A stretch of 64,000 nt of DNA, taken from Azolla caroliniana. Its lineage: Eukaryota > Plantae > Polypodiophyta. Positions 61,653 through 64,000 of the stretch are shown here, in pieces. The stretch's first letter is position 1. Each line of letters begins with the position of its first letter. The stretch is from the NCBI GenBank assembly GCA_043228905.1, contig JBHGNT010000004.1, forward strand, positions 16,740,001 through 16,804,000. The letters are read 5' to 3'. The position numbers were made by a program, and so were the translations under genes. The notes under the pieces are model-generated. The model had not been told where the DNA came from and did not search any database. It was given only the letters and a program-made list of their open reading frames with translations.

Positions 61653-63072
61653 TTGTTCCATGAATTATCAACAATATGATTGGGCTGATATATTACATTT
61701 TGCAGGATTTGCATAGAATAATTTTATGCACTCCTCTACTAGGGCTACACAGTTCTAAACATTTACATAGGTTATCATCCTCAGTGGTGTTTATTCGAAG
61801 CTCCCGAATTACCAACAAGTCGTAGTGCTTAGGATCATTTGGATCAACTCCCCGTAAATTTATGTGGAACTTTCCAATCATCTATATGAAGCTTAAATAA
61901 CACATAAAGACAATGTAGATCGACATCAACTTCCATCCAGTTTTGAAGTTGGAGATCGAATATGGCGACTATTACGTCATATAAAGACAACTCTAGAGAC
62001 TATTTGCCAAATTCGATTATCAATGGTTAGGACCTTTTGTCATTAATAGAAAAATCAAGGATGTAACCTTTCTCCTTGATTTACGTTCACAATTACAGAT
62101 ACATCTAATATCTCATAGTTCTCTCTTAGTGTCATGAACGAGTAGAATAGAGCAAAACCAAGATGAGACTAAATACTAAGAGAGACAAGAGACAAGAGAC
62201 AAGAGAACAAAAACTCAACTTATGCTTTCGTAACTGATGTTGTCCACCTTGATTGGAATCAAGGTCTACCCAAGTATTTATACATGAAGGTGGAGGTATG
62301 TTGCAAGCTAGGAAACTTCTAGAGAATACATCTAATATCTCATAGTTCTCTCTTAGTACCATGAATGAGTAGAATAGAGCAAAACCAAGATGAGACTAAA
62401 TACTTAGAGAGACAAGAGACAAGAGAAAGAGAACAAAAACTCAACTTATGCTTTCGTAACTAAGAGAGAGCAGAGACAAGAGAAAGAGACATTTAGTGAA
62501 TTTAAGGTCCTCATATACAGGTCAACGTTGTGACACTTAGAACCATATCGATTAAGTTCTAGTCCCAATCGTATTGCACCACCTGCACCTGTTGTCAAAT
62601 TTGAACATGGACCAAAGTACGACGTTGCTAATGTTGCACATGCTCAAGCCCTTGTGGAGGAATTTCATTGACTATACCTAGATAAACCAAGTCATGAACT
62701 AAAGACGACTCGTAATACTTCTCATTGGAAGAGGGGGATAATGTCATGATATGGCCTCAAATAAGAATTGAACCTGTGACCTTATGGTACATAATGTATT
62801 ATTTTCATTTGCTATTTCACATGGGTTGTAGAGCTGTCCAAAATAATCTAGAAAATTCATGAACATTCTAGAATACTTTGGAACATTTGAGAAACTTTAG
62901 GAATACTCCTGAAGGCCCTATAAATAGAGCCATATATATTGTACTATTCACAACTAATTCGGCTCAATGTTGGTCTTAAGCCTCTAAGTTGTTCCTATTC
63001 TTCTAAGTTCTACTCCTTTTCTTATAATATACTTCAATTTATCATACTTCTCTCTCACTCTCTCCCTTGTGA

Positions 63073-63103
<31 letters not shown>

Positions 63104-63118
63104 CGGACTGTCTCGAAA
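61653..63118 (+). mobile_element. Continuation of the gypsy chromovirus: integrase 3' end, chromodomain remnant, PPT, 3' LTR (62742-~63118)
   Basis: FEVGDRIW, DYQWLGPF and GPKYDVA; PPT GAAGAGGGGGATAA then TGTCATGAT. Confidence 0.82.
62130..62535. mobile_element. Solo-LTR-like insertion with 5-bp TSD, later partly duplicated
   Basis: TGTCA...TGACA flanked by CTTAG (62125-62129 and 62536-62540); 62098-62234 is repeated at ~62327-62461. Confidence 0.72.
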
Positions 63119-63135
63119 TCCAAACAAAAAGAAAA

Positions 63136-64000
63136 TGTTGGAGTATGGTCAAGATCAAGATATACAACACACAACTATTTATGAGTAAGACAACAATATG
63201 ATGAATGTAAGACAAAATGAACATAAATATTAACAGAGGCAACTCAAGGTTAAATGAGAGAGAGAGGGAGAGAGAGAGAAAGGCACACAAAGTAACTCTA
63301 TATATTATTCAAAAGTGAATTACAAAGAAATAGCGACATCATCGTACAAACTAGTTTACAAACTGATTATATACTTAACCAAACTAGGGAAACTACCGTT
63401 TATGCTAATTACAGATATAGCCTAACTAGTTTGTCCAATGGGGTAATGTGAATACGTCCATTATATTATTGTATTCGACAAAAAGTGTTGAGGTAGAGGA
63501 CGGAGGATCTTTAAGTTTCGACATGGCGAGTTTGTGATCAATGACAACATCGCGTTGGCATTAGCCTCCAACATGCCCTCTTGATTCATATACCTAGGAT
63601 TACATCAACCATGGAAGCTTGGGCATTTGAATCTTCAAAATATTGAACCCAACAATGAGCTCTATTGCTAATTATATAGCTTTCAAGAGTGCTTGATTTC
63701 AACAAAATGCACCTTTAACACATTCACATTTATCACAGGCTTCCTTGTCATTACTTGTGCATTATAGGTCAATTTTTTCTCCTCAAATGCCTTCAATGGG
63801 TTTTGAATGCTCTAACCCCTTTTGATTGTTTTTAGTGTCTTTCTTTCACGTTTCATCTAGTGATGAATTCAACCTGAATCTTGACCTTTTGTAAAACTTG
63901 ATTTTTTCACGCGTTCCTTTCTTTAGACAAGCTACATTATGATGGTCGCATTGAAGACTATGTGTGGAGTAACAAGGAGGTGGTTGTCATGGATTCATTG
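63136..64000 (-). mobile_element. 3' LTR (63136-63573) and adjacent 3' internal region of another LTR element
   Basis: Perfect 8-bp inverted termini TGTTGGAG...CTCCAACA; minus-strand purine tract AAGAGGGCA abuts the LTR. Confidence 0.68.

Overview
Eukaryotic, repeat-rich land-plant nuclear DNA. A fern-like origin is an inference from the long LINE-filled introns and the microsatellite-bearing LTRs. The centre holds one intact 24-exon importin-beta family gene (transportin-3/importin-13-like, At1g12930 type) on the minus strand at 22493-49577. I traced every GT-AG junction by hand; the spliced CDS is 3021 nt (1006 aa plus stop). Its three large introns are packed with 5'-truncated RTE/RTEX-like LINEs, all antisense to the gene and stacked head-to-tail in each other's microsatellite tails. 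The flanks (1-21 kb and 51-64 kb) are nested, decayed Ty1/copia and Ty3/gypsy (chromovirus) LTR elements, one L1 fragment with a TSD, and an isolated terminal exon of a GT-1/GT-4 trihelix factor. Three things stand out. (i) The chromovirus LTRs carry a tRNA-like Pol III A-box/B-box cassette. (ii) An unclassified 3.2-kb TIR transposon has an array of about 14 palindromes and a long central hairpin. (iii) The LINEs form self-targeting 'trains' confined to introns. All family assignments rest on motif recognition only; no database search was run.
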